DNA of 64,000 nucleotides, taken from an uncultured archaeon. GTDB taxonomy: Archaea > Nanobdellota > Nanobdellia > Pacearchaeales > GW2011-AR1. Location: the NCBI GenBank assembly GCA_902385625.1, contig CABMGE010000010.1, forward strand, positions 39,589-103,588. Direction: 5' to 3'. Positions 1-8,124 of the stretch are shown piece after piece (positions within the stretch are counted from its first letter, which is position 1; every line of letters begins with the position of its first letter). The notes below the pieces were generated by a model that was given only the letters and a program-made list of their open reading frames with translations, did no database searches and was not told where the DNA came from. The position numbers and the translations under genes were made by a program.

Positions 1-81
1 GTATAATCCAAGCAATATTACAAATATAGCAAATGCATACCTTGCAATTTCTCGTGATTTTATTTTAGGTTTGTTTTTCAT
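1..81 (-). CDS. 5' end of a membrane-protein gene running off the window (MKNKPKIKSREIARYAFAIFVILLGL...)
   Basis: ATG at 81, directly after the stop (83-85) of the upstream gene; hydrophobic N-terminus; partial and not in the ORF track. Confidence 0.3.
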   Translation of the reverse strand, partial: MKNKPKIKSREIARYAFAIFVILLGLY

Positions 82-82
82 T

Positions 83-511
83 TTAATCTTTTCTATCCAG
101 ATACAGGTTAGACATTGCTTTAACCAAAAGACCAAATATTATTGCAGCAACTAAAAACCAGTCTACATTACTGAAATCATTTCTTACAGCAGATGAAGCA
201 ACTTGATAAGATACTCCGCTAACTAAGACTGAAAGTATAGCCCATAAAGCGTTTCTTTCTGCAATTGCTTCATGTTTTTTATCCCTTTCATCCTTTGAAA
301 GTTTTGGCATAATTATTGCAGTATCAACTATTAATATAAGTGCAATTAAAATTGTTAAAACAATTTTTAGTTGAGATGTTATAGGAATAAATTGGATTAT
401 TGCGATTAAAACTAAAGCCACTGCCAGGTATAACCATCCTTGCCAGGTAGCAGGATATGCTCCCCATCCAAAGTATTTTCTTCTCTTGAACCATTGAGGT
501 TTTGCTATCAT
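83..511 (-). CDS. small integral membrane protein (about 4 TM segments), function unknown
   Basis: 142-aa ORF with W/G-rich N-terminus (FGWGAYPATWQGW) followed by hydrophobic helices. Confidence 0.6.
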   Translation of the reverse strand: MIAKPQWFKRRKYFGWGAYPATWQGWLYLAVALVLIAIIQFIPITSQLKIVLTILIALILIVDTAIIMPKLSKDERDKKHEAIAERNALWAILSVLVSGVSYQVASSAVRNDFSNVDWFLVAAIIFGLLVKAMSNLYLDRKD

Positions 512-628
512 TTTGTTTTTGTCTCCTTATGTTTAGCGTTTATGTAAAAATGCGTAAATTATAAAGCATTTTTCCAATACAGAAAATCTTCCTTATTTTC
601 TGTCTAGTAAAATATTTACATATTTTAG

Positions 629-755
629 ATGTAAAATATATATTACATCAAGTATTTAAATCTTTCGATAAATGTAAGAAATATATTACATATATTTCTT
701 AACCAGTAAAATATGAAAATTAAAAATATTTTCCTGTGTAAGAAATAGATTACAT
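629..755. promoter_or_regulatory. three 20-bp palindromes (A/G)TGTAA-N8-TTACAT in the upstream region of the 83..511 gene
   Basis: ATGTAAAATATATATTACAT 629-648; ATGTAAGAAATATATTACAT 672-691; GTGTAAGAAATAGATTACAT 736-755. Confidence 0.4.
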
Positions 756-783
756 CTAGTTATATTAAACAAACAGAATAAGA

Positions 784-1239
784 TTATTTATTAATATAAA
801 CTGCAAGAACCCTATTCTCATCAAGTGAGATATAATATGGGAGAAGTTTTTTATTTTGTCCTGAAGAATTCCTGTCTTTTGCAATTTCTGAAAGAAGAGG
901 ATCATGTATTTTTAACGAATCTTCCAAGATATTTATTATTCTTGTATTAAGTTTTCTAAAGAGAGTCTGATAGTCTGAATTAAATCTTGCATCTATTGAT
1001 TCTCTAGATCCCTTTGAAGTCAGATAAAAATCATTTATCTCTGCAATCTTATTTCCATTTACATTTGCAAATGCAATCGCCACGATATTATCTGGTTTAT
1101 ATTTGCTTCCCTTTACAACTTCTTCGAGTAAAGATTCCTCAGGACTTGGAACATAATCCCTAGTATTTTCAAAAATTCCGCGGAAGTCTGACAAATCAAA
1201 TCTGCTATGAGAATATATTGCTCTTTTTTCTTTTTCCAT
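784..1239 (-). CDS. hypothetical protein
   Basis: 151-aa ORF flanked by AT-rich intergenic DNA; no recognisable motif. Confidence 0.55.
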   Translation of the reverse strand: MEKEKRAIYSHSRFDLSDFRGIFENTRDYVPSPEESLLEEVVKGSKYKPDNIVAIAFANVNGNKIAEINDFYLTSKGSRESIDARFNSDYQTLFRKLNTRIINILEDSLKIHDPLLSEIAKDRNSSGQNKKLLPYYISLDENRVLAVYINK

Positions 1240-1402
1240 TAATAATAATTAATAGGGAAGTTTATAAATTTTTTATCAATAAAATATATATGTTTTATTA
1301 TTTTTATTTACCCTTTTAATAATTAGAGAGGATAAAGAAAAATAAGCTGTATTTATAAGATGAAAGTTGATATAATTTAGTTCTAATCTAAAAATTATTT
1401 TT

Positions 1403-2080
1403 TTATATTATCTCGATTATCTCGCCAATATCTGCCTTTAGAGAGTATAACATCGGAGGCCTATATGAAACATTTTTGTTGATTCCTTGTTCCTTTAATA
1501 TATTTAGAGATAAAAGTTTTTTTGCAAAATTTCTTTTATCAAATTCCTTACCAAAAACAATTTCATACATGCTTTGAATCTGACTTATTGTAAACTTCTC
1601 TGGAAGCATTGAGAATGCAACAGTAGTGTACTCAAATTTCCATCGGAGTCTCTTAAGTGCATATTCAGATATCTTTTTGTGGTCAAATGCAAGTTCTGGA
1701 AGTTTTTTTAATGAAAACCATTGTGCATCTGAACTGTCAGTTGAAGGAGATAACTTAATTTTTTCTGAATTAACAAGAGCCATATAAGAAACAGTAATTA
1801 CTCTTCCTCGAGGGTCTCTTTTTGGATCTCCAAATGTATATAGCTGTTCTAAATAAACATCTTTTACTCCTGTTTCTTCTGCAAGTTCTCTTTTTGCTGC
1901 TTCATGCAAAGATTCATCGAGTTTTACAAAACCGCCTGGAATTGCCCATTTTCCCTTAAAGGGTTCTACTCCTCTTTTTACTAAAAGTAATTTTAAATCA
2001 TTATCGTTGATTGTAAATATTACAATGTCAACTGTTACACTTGGTTTGGGATATTCATTAGCAGCCATTTTCAAGAGCAA
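1403..2080 (-). CDS. nrtR: NrtR-like protein: Nudix domain plus C-terminal winged-helix (ADP-ribose-responsive regulator family)
   Basis: Intact Nudix box GGFVKLDESLHEAAKRELAEETG; C-terminal FDHKKISEYALKRLRWKFEYTTVAFSMLPEKFTISQIQSMYEIVFGKEFDKRNFAKK matches the NrtR wHTH pattern. Confidence 0.75.
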   Translation of the reverse strand: MLLKMAANEYPKPSVTVDIVIFTINDNDLKLLLVKRGVEPFKGKWAIPGGFVKLDESLHEAAKRELAEETGVKDVYLEQLYTFGDPKRDPRGRVITVSYMALVNSEKIKLSPSTDSSDAQWFSLKKLPELAFDHKKISEYALKRLRWKFEYTTVAFSMLPEKFTISQIQSMYEIVFGKEFDKRNFAKKLLSLNILKEQGINKNVSYRPPMLYSLKADIGEIIEII

Positions 2081-2978
2081 TTATATTTATTTCCTGCCAG
2101 TATTCATAGCCTCGTTTATACTGTTTTTTAAGACCTTTGTCCCTTAAATAGTTTATCCATTTTTCATCGTTTAAGATATTGTTAACTTTTAATGGAACTT
2201 TCATTTTTGCGAGTAGTTTCATTTTCATTTTCGGTTTTTTACTCAAAACCATATCCCAGCAAAGACTAGAGACATTTGTTATTATTACTCCACCCGGACT
2301 CAAATATTTCCCGCCTTCATGAACAATATGATTGAGAAGTCCAATTCCTTCATAAGGATTATCATCAATACTTTTTGGCCTTGGAACATAAGGAGGATTA
2401 CATATTATCAAGTCGAATTTCTGGCCATTTAATTTTTTAATTCCATCACCTACATAAAAAAGAGCCCTTGAATCTTTTATATTATCCATTGCACATTTTA
2501 TTGCATAAGGATTTATGTCATTTATTAAAATAGACTTTATTTTTTTATTTTTTTTCAAAAGATATTTGCTCAAGTATCCAGAACCACATCCGATTTCAAC
2601 TACTTTTTTAAAATCATCTTTATTTTTTAAAAAATCTTTTAGAGCTTTTGCAAAAAGAATAGTATCAATTGAAGGACACCATACGTTAATGTGGGATGAA
2701 TCTGTGGAAACTCCTATATTATCATACTCAACTGTTCTTTTTGAGGAGGAATAAAGAGAAAATAAAGTATCTCGAAGAGTTGGATTTAATCTCGAAATTC
2801 GATAGTTGTCTGTCATTAAAACTGGATCCTTAAAACTGCAAACATATAATTTTTCATCAGAAGTATAAGTTATTATCCTTCTTCCGTTTTTTCTGTCTTT
2901 ACCCATCACGCTTGCAAGTTCAACGCCATTTGCAAATATATCTTGTTTTTTTAAATCACTAGAAACTTTAATTATCAT
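2058..2978 (-). CDS. SAM-dependent methyltransferase with NPPY motif (HemK/PrmC- or N6-adenine-MTase-like) and a ~110-aa N-terminal extension
   Basis: Motif I VVEIGCGSGYL; motif IV DLIICNPPYVP; overlaps the nrtR-like start by 23 nt. Confidence 0.65.
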   Translation of the reverse strand: MIIKVSSDLKKQDIFANGVELASVMGKDRKNGRRIITYTSDEKLYVCSFKDPVLMTDNYRISRLNPTLRDTLFSLYSSSKRTVEYDNIGVSTDSSHINVWCPSIDTILFAKALKDFLKNKDDFKKVVEIGCGSGYLSKYLLKKNKKIKSILINDINPYAIKCAMDNIKDSRALFYVGDGIKKLNGQKFDLIICNPPYVPRPKSIDDNPYEGIGLLNHIVHEGGKYLSPGGVIITNVSSLCWDMVLSKKPKMKMKLLAKMKVPLKVNNILNDEKWINYLRDKGLKKQYKRGYEYWQEINIIALENGC

Positions 2979-2983
2979 ACATA

Positions 2984-3010
2984 ATTGTAATTAATACACT
3001 ATATATAAAG
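2984..3010 (-). promoter_or_regulatory. TATA box with adjacent TGTA-N5-TACA palindrome upstream of the methyltransferase/nrtR operon
   Basis: ATTGTAATTAATACACTATATATAAAG; same layout as 20976-21000 and 32423-32447. Confidence 0.4.
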
Positions 3011-3023
3011 TTTTTTAAAAAGT

Positions 3024-4631
3024 CTATAAAATAACATCAGTTGATAAGAACTGAGAAGTAGTTCCCTTAAGAATTCCCCTTAATATTTCCTTATTTTGAG
3101 GAGATTCTTTTGCTGCAACAAGAGTTCTTATTGAGAACACTCTTAATGCGTCTGTAATTGATAATGTTCCTTCTGCTGAGTCTTTTCTTCCTGTAAACGG
3201 GAATGAATCAGGCCCTCTTTGACATTGACTATTTAGATTAACTCTACAAACTTGATTTACCAACGGATCTATTAATGCTCCAATCACTTCTGGATCTTTT
3301 CCAAAAATACTTGCCTGTTGACCTACTTCTGAATTATCCATATATTCAAGAGGTTCACTAATATTATCGAATGGAACAATTGGAACAACAGGACCAAACT
3401 GTTCTTCATGATAAACTTTCATTTTAGAATTAACTGGGTATAATACTGCTGGTGAAAAAAATGTGTGATCTATTACTCTTCCGGTTAAGTTTACTACTCC
3501 TGCTCCATTTATCTGAGCATCTTTTACCAAATCATCAAGATATTGTGTTTTTCCTGCTTCAGGTAAAGGAGTTATAGTTACTTTATCCTGCCAAGGCATT
3601 CCATGGCCCAGACCATCAACTTTTTCTGAAAACTTTTTTACAAATTCATCTGCTATTTCTCTCTCAACAAATAATACTTTGAGTGCAGTACATCTTTGAC
3701 CATTATAAGACAAACTTCCCTGAACACATTCATTTACAGCAGACTCAAGATCTGCATCTTTTAAAACAATTCCTGGATTTTTTGCACCAAGCCCAAGTAC
3801 ACATCTTAATCTATTTGGTTTTGGATGTTGTCTTTCTATAGCATTTGAAACACCACAAGAACCGATAAATGCAAGAACATCAATGTTTCCTGATTTCATC
3901 ATAGGACCAATTATTGTTTTACCATCACCATAGATAGTATTAAGAACTCCTGGGGGAAAACTTTCCTGATAAGCCTTAAGTAAAGGCTCATGCAAAAGAA
4001 CTCCATATTTAGAGGGTTTGAAAACAACAGTGTTTCCCATTATTAATGCAGGAATTAATGTCGTGTAAGTTTCATTTAAAGGATAATTATAAGGACCCAT
4101 ACAAAGAACTTTTCCAAGTGGTGCTCTTCTTATTTGTGCCATAATTCCACCTTCTCTTTGAAATCTTGAAGACTGTTCATCTAAACCTTTTAAAGCTTTG
4201 ATTGTATCTTTGACATATTCAACAGTTCTATCAAACTCTTTTGCAGAGTCAGGATAGGTTTTTCCAATTTCCCACATCAAAAGATTAACAACATCTGATC
4301 TTACTGCAGTCATTCTTTCCAAGAATCCTTCAACATGTTTTATTCTTCCTTCAACAGGCATTGTTGGCCAAACTCCTTTTCCATTATCATAAGCCTTTAC
4401 AGCTGCATCAAGTGCTTGCATTGATTCTTCAGGAGTTAACATTGGATAACTTCCAAGAACTTTTTGTTCGATCTTATCTCCGTCTCTAATACAAATAGGA
4501 GATAGAACTTCTTGTCTTGCTCCAGACCATTCCCTTAGTTCTCCGCCAATTAAATATTTAGTCTGATTAACCGGACTTACCTTATATTTGTCAGGTATTT
4601 CTTGTTCTGTTGGGAAAAAAACGTTTGTCAT
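3024..4631 (-). CDS. aldehyde dehydrogenase family protein (possibly GapN-like non-phosphorylating enzyme)
   Basis: 535 aa; ALDH signatures VVFKPSKYG, catalytic GQRCTALK, EEQFGPVVPI. Confidence 0.85.
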   Translation of the reverse strand: MTNVFFPTEQEIPDKYKVSPVNQTKYLIGGELREWSGARQEVLSPICIRDGDKIEQKVLGSYPMLTPEESMQALDAAVKAYDNGKGVWPTMPVEGRIKHVEGFLERMTAVRSDVVNLLMWEIGKTYPDSAKEFDRTVEYVKDTIKALKGLDEQSSRFQREGGIMAQIRRAPLGKVLCMGPYNYPLNETYTTLIPALIMGNTVVFKPSKYGVLLHEPLLKAYQESFPPGVLNTIYGDGKTIIGPMMKSGNIDVLAFIGSCGVSNAIERQHPKPNRLRCVLGLGAKNPGIVLKDADLESAVNECVQGSLSYNGQRCTALKVLFVEREIADEFVKKFSEKVDGLGHGMPWQDKVTITPLPEAGKTQYLDDLVKDAQINGAGVVNLTGRVIDHTFFSPAVLYPVNSKMKVYHEEQFGPVVPIVPFDNISEPLEYMDNSEVGQQASIFGKDPEVIGALIDPLVNQVCRVNLNSQCQRGPDSFPFTGRKDSAEGTLSITDALRVFSIRTLVAAKESPQNKEILRGILKGTTSQFLSTDVIL

Positions 4632-4693
4632 TATTTTTTATCGAGTTTTAATCAATTTATAAATCTTTTGCTTTTGTTGTTACTTTATAGTTA

Positions 4694-5440
4694 TTATTTT
4701 AATGGATTCTCTAAAACTAACCATCTTGAAGGATTTTCAACATATTCTTCTAAACATATATTTGATTCAGAATTAGAATATCTTATCCTTATTTCATTCA
4801 ATACATCAAAAGCATGCTTATCTGGAGAAGGTATATTATTTGATCTAAAAAAATAACTTTCATATTGTGAAATTATAATAAGACATGGATTTGTCCTTTC
4901 AATTAATTGATTCCATTCATCTGAAACCTCTTGTTTAACTGCTTGAAGTTGAGAAGGATCTGATTCTATTCTTCTCCATAATTCCCTAGTTTTGTCAGGA
5001 GAAACAGAATCATAGTGATCATCAAAGAATTCATCAAAACCTATCTTGTCTAGATATTTTCCTGCAATCATATCATCTAAAGGATGATTTGCAATTATCG
5101 CATGAACCTTTTCTGGAAGAATTGGAATAGCTTTTTTAAGAGTAGCTTTAATTGGCCTTATACATGCAGGCAATATTTGGCTGTATTGTTCCTGAATAGT
5201 TGCCAAAGATTTTGTATTTGGTTCAACAACATATAATTTCCCATTAAATCCATAGGATTTTAGCCCATTACCTATTTTATTAACACTTCCTGGTGCAATT
5301 TCAACAAGAGTTCCTTTTTTCTCCAGATTATATTGTGAAAATATTTTATACCAGATATTTCCTACATAAGATTTCCAATTATTATTTCCAGGAATATATC
5401 CTAAACCTACACTCTCACATGTATCTGCTATATTAGACAT
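4694..5440 (-). CDS. hypothetical protein, possibly a class I methyltransferase fold
   Basis: 248 aa; LVEIAPGS ... YVVEP ... IIANHPLDD resemble SAM-MTase motifs I/II/IV, weakly. Confidence 0.5.
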   Translation of the reverse strand: MSNIADTCESVGLGYIPGNNNWKSYVGNIWYKIFSQYNLEKKGTLVEIAPGSVNKIGNGLKSYGFNGKLYVVEPNTKSLATIQEQYSQILPACIRPIKATLKKAIPILPEKVHAIIANHPLDDMIAGKYLDKIGFDEFFDDHYDSVSPDKTRELWRRIESDPSQLQAVKQEVSDEWNQLIERTNPCLIIISQYESYFFRSNNIPSPDKHAFDVLNEIRIRYSNSESNICLEEYVENPSRWLVLENPLK

Positions 5441-5590
5441 TTTTTATAATTATTAATTTCAGAACTCTTCTACTCAACAAAAATAAGATTATTCAATGGT
5501 TTTTAAATGTTCTTAAAACAGGTTTTCATCAGGCTCCATCTAAAAATTTATAAAGGCTTTTTAGCAACCCCTTAGCGGACAATATATACA

Positions 5591-7339
5591 ATGGCAGAAG
5601 AAAATAACACCCAGAAAAAAACTCAAAATCATCCGATCGCAAGTCTCGAAGCTAATTTGACATTGGCTGCAGCATATTGCAAGCAATGTGAAATAAGAGC
5701 AAAAGATCCATCTATTGATTTACAATCAAAAACAATGGAATATGCTGGAAAAGTAATTGAAGATGCAAGAAATTATGATCTTAATACTCCTGCAACTGAT
5801 TCTTTGAACCAGGTATACAGGCTTATAAGACCATTTATATCAGATTTAATTTCTGAACTGGATGAGTACAAAGATAAAAAAGAAATTGGAAATTTACTTA
5901 AAAGATTTGTAAAATATTCTAAAGAAAAAAGAGAAATAAGTCTTCCTGAAGAAATATCTCCTGTAATGGAAGCAATAGTTACTGCAAGTTCTTATAATGC
6001 TGAGGAATTAAAAGAAATAATTGGAAAGGGGCTTGAGGATCTTGTTCTTGGACTTAAAGGATATGACAAAAAAGAATTAGTCAGAACACTTAGAAATAAA
6101 AGTAAAAAACTAAGAAATGGAGATAAAGAACAAGAGGAAATAATTGATCGCATGAAAAATTTTACTGTATATTGCAGTAATCAGGCAGGCTATTGTGATC
6201 AATGCAAAGAAAATAGAAATAATCTTGCTGAATCAGAAGAATTATTAAAGGCACTAAAAGAAAATGCAGATAAGTTAAGCAAAGACACAAAATATGCTTT
6301 AAGCTGGTTTTTGGATCTTGCTGCAAGTATTGGAGACAACTTAACTGATGAAGAATTTGAAGGTTTAAAATCACAAGCTCTTGAAGGAATTAAATCTAGA
6401 ACTAAAAATAATAATCCTCGGACTTCTTATGCTCCTGTTATTAATCCATTTACACTTACAAGAGAAGAAGAACCTTCCAGGACTAATGAAGACCATGCTT
6501 CTATTTTTTCAGATAAAAACAGTCCTGAAAAAAGAGAAGCAGATAACATGGAGGGTTTTCTTGAATTGTGTTTAGGAGAAGCTGAAAATAAAAAAGAGCC
6601 TCTTAAATCCAATGATCAACCCCTAGCTCTGGATGATGATTTTCTTCTTACACCATTTGATGAAGCTAAAGATCATGATGATAATTCTGGGCAAGTTATA
6701 GCTCTAGATACATCTGATTCAGATCTTAGCCTCGGAGGATCAGATATTAATTTAACTGATAATTATATTGATCCCATAGAAGATGATGTACTTCTAGCAC
6801 CTCTTGAAGGTGAAGACCATGGATCGATTGTTCTTGATACTGGAGACTCGGACTTAAGTCTTGGAGATTCAGATATTAATCTAGGCGGAGACTCAGTGAT
6901 TAGTTTAGATGGTGGTTCTGATATTGCTATTGGAGGAAATTCTGGCATAAGTCTTGTTGATCCTAGTGATTCTGGACTTAATTTAGGGGTGCCTGAGGAT
7001 GATTGGCTTTTGACTCCGCTTGAAGATAAAGATGATGAAGATGTCCTAGGGGTTATTTCTTTAGATCCAAGTGATTCATGGATTGATATTGGAGGGGACT
7101 CTGGTATTAATCTTGTTGATCCAAGTGATTCTGGACTTAGTCTTGGAGATTCAGATATTAATTTAGTTGATAATTCAAAAACTTCAGTAGAGGATGATTT
7201 TCTTCTAACTCCATTAAATCTTGAAGATCATGAAAATAATTCTGATGGATCAATTGTTCTTGATACAGAAGAGAAAAGAGATAAGGACAACAATCGGAAT
7301 GATTCTTTATTTGGAAATTTGTTTAGAAAACTCTTTTAA
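5591..7339 (+). CDS. helical N-domain protein with a long acidic C-terminal repeat region
   Basis: 582 aa; five copies of [DE]D[DV][FWV]LL[TA]P[LF] interleaved with DxSDSxLSLGxSDINL-type units; paired Cys motifs CKQC and CDQC in the N-terminal half. Confidence 0.7.
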   Translation: MAEENNTQKKTQNHPIASLEANLTLAAAYCKQCEIRAKDPSIDLQSKTMEYAGKVIEDARNYDLNTPATDSLNQVYRLIRPFISDLISELDEYKDKKEIGNLLKRFVKYSKEKREISLPEEISPVMEAIVTASSYNAEELKEIIGKGLEDLVLGLKGYDKKELVRTLRNKSKKLRNGDKEQEEIIDRMKNFTVYCSNQAGYCDQCKENRNNLAESEELLKALKENADKLSKDTKYALSWFLDLAASIGDNLTDEEFEGLKSQALEGIKSRTKNNNPRTSYAPVINPFTLTREEEPSRTNEDHASIFSDKNSPEKREADNMEGFLELCLGEAENKKEPLKSNDQPLALDDDFLLTPFDEAKDHDDNSGQVIALDTSDSDLSLGGSDINLTDNYIDPIEDDVLLAPLEGEDHGSIVLDTGDSDLSLGDSDINLGGDSVISLDGGSDIAIGGNSGISLVDPSDSGLNLGVPEDDWLLTPLEDKDDEDVLGVISLDPSDSWIDIGGDSGINLVDPSDSGLSLGDSDINLVDNSKTSVEDDFLLTPLNLEDHENNSDGSIVLDTEEKRDKDNNRNDSLFGNLFRKLF

Positions 7340-7340
7340 A

Positions 7341-8123
7341 TTATTTCTTTGTTAAAACATGCAGAGGTTTATTAGAAATTCTTACTTCAAGATTATCTCC
7401 ATTATTAAAACCATAAGCTTTATTTGAGTCTATTGCAACAATTCCGCCACCATATTTTTTACCTTCAAAAAATATTGATTCTCCTGGAAGTATTTCCCCA
7501 CTTAAAAGAGTTGGTTGATATAAATTTCCAAAATAAGGTTCTCTTACTAAAAATGCAAGTTTTCCTTTTTCATGATTAAATGGCTTTCCTCCTGCAGATC
7601 TATACCAGGCACTGCTTCCTCCTGCAGTTGCAACTAAAACTCCAGAACTTCTTTGTTCTTCTTCATTTCCCCTGTATTTAAGAACATAACGTGATGTTGC
7701 AAATTGCACTTCAGTACCTATATAGATTTCATTAATTGCTCTTTCTTTTATTACATGACCATTTTTTATTGCAACTGCTCTTTCTTTGTCAAGAACATTA
7801 TAATTCCCAAGTAAGATTTCGCTTAAAGAATCAATTTCATCATCTTTTAGGCTTGTTAGTGCTCCTTCACTATATTCAGGTTCTGAATTAATTCCAAGCA
7901 AAGGAACATCTTCAATATAATGTGCTGTTCTAATAACTGTTCCATCTCCTCCTGCAGTTATTACTAAGTCTCTATCTGCAAAATGCTTGAATTCCAGATC
8001 CCTGACATTGATTAATTTATTTTTTATTCCTACTTTACTAATTAATCCTTTTATGCTTTCTACAGCAGAAATATGCTGCTCTGTAAGTTTTTCGCTATAA
8101 ACCAATAGTATATTTTTAAACAT
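7341..8123 (-). CDS. nadK: NAD kinase
   Basis: GGDGT motif (ITAGGDGTVIR), NE motif, ATAGGSSAWYRSAGG. Confidence 0.85.
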   Translation of the reverse strand: MFKNILLVYSEKLTEQHISAVESIKGLISKVGIKNKLINVRDLEFKHFADRDLVITAGGDGTVIRTAHYIEDVPLLGINSEPEYSEGALTSLKDDEIDSLSEILLGNYNVLDKERAVAIKNGHVIKERAINEIYIGTEVQFATSRYVLKYRGNEEEQRSSGVLVATAGGSSAWYRSAGGKPFNHEKGKLAFLVREPYFGNLYQPTLLSGEILPGESIFFEGKKYGGGIVAIDSNKAYGFNNGDNLEVRISNKPLHVLTKK

Positions 8124-8124
8124 T

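Noticed and set aside
6162-6948. ORFs 6162..6374(-), 6381..6575(+), 6427..6612(-) and 6763..6948(-) lie inside the acidic repeat protein gene.
   Set aside because: They are alternative frames of a repetitive gene. The 582-aa frame is continuous and internally periodic, and the others are by-products.
6640-7260. I considered whether the repeats here, and at 34160..34366, could be a CRISPR array.
   Set aside because: The repeats are in-frame coding repeats inside long ORFs. Their periods of 144 bp or irregular length do not show repeat-spacer architecture, and no cas genes are present.
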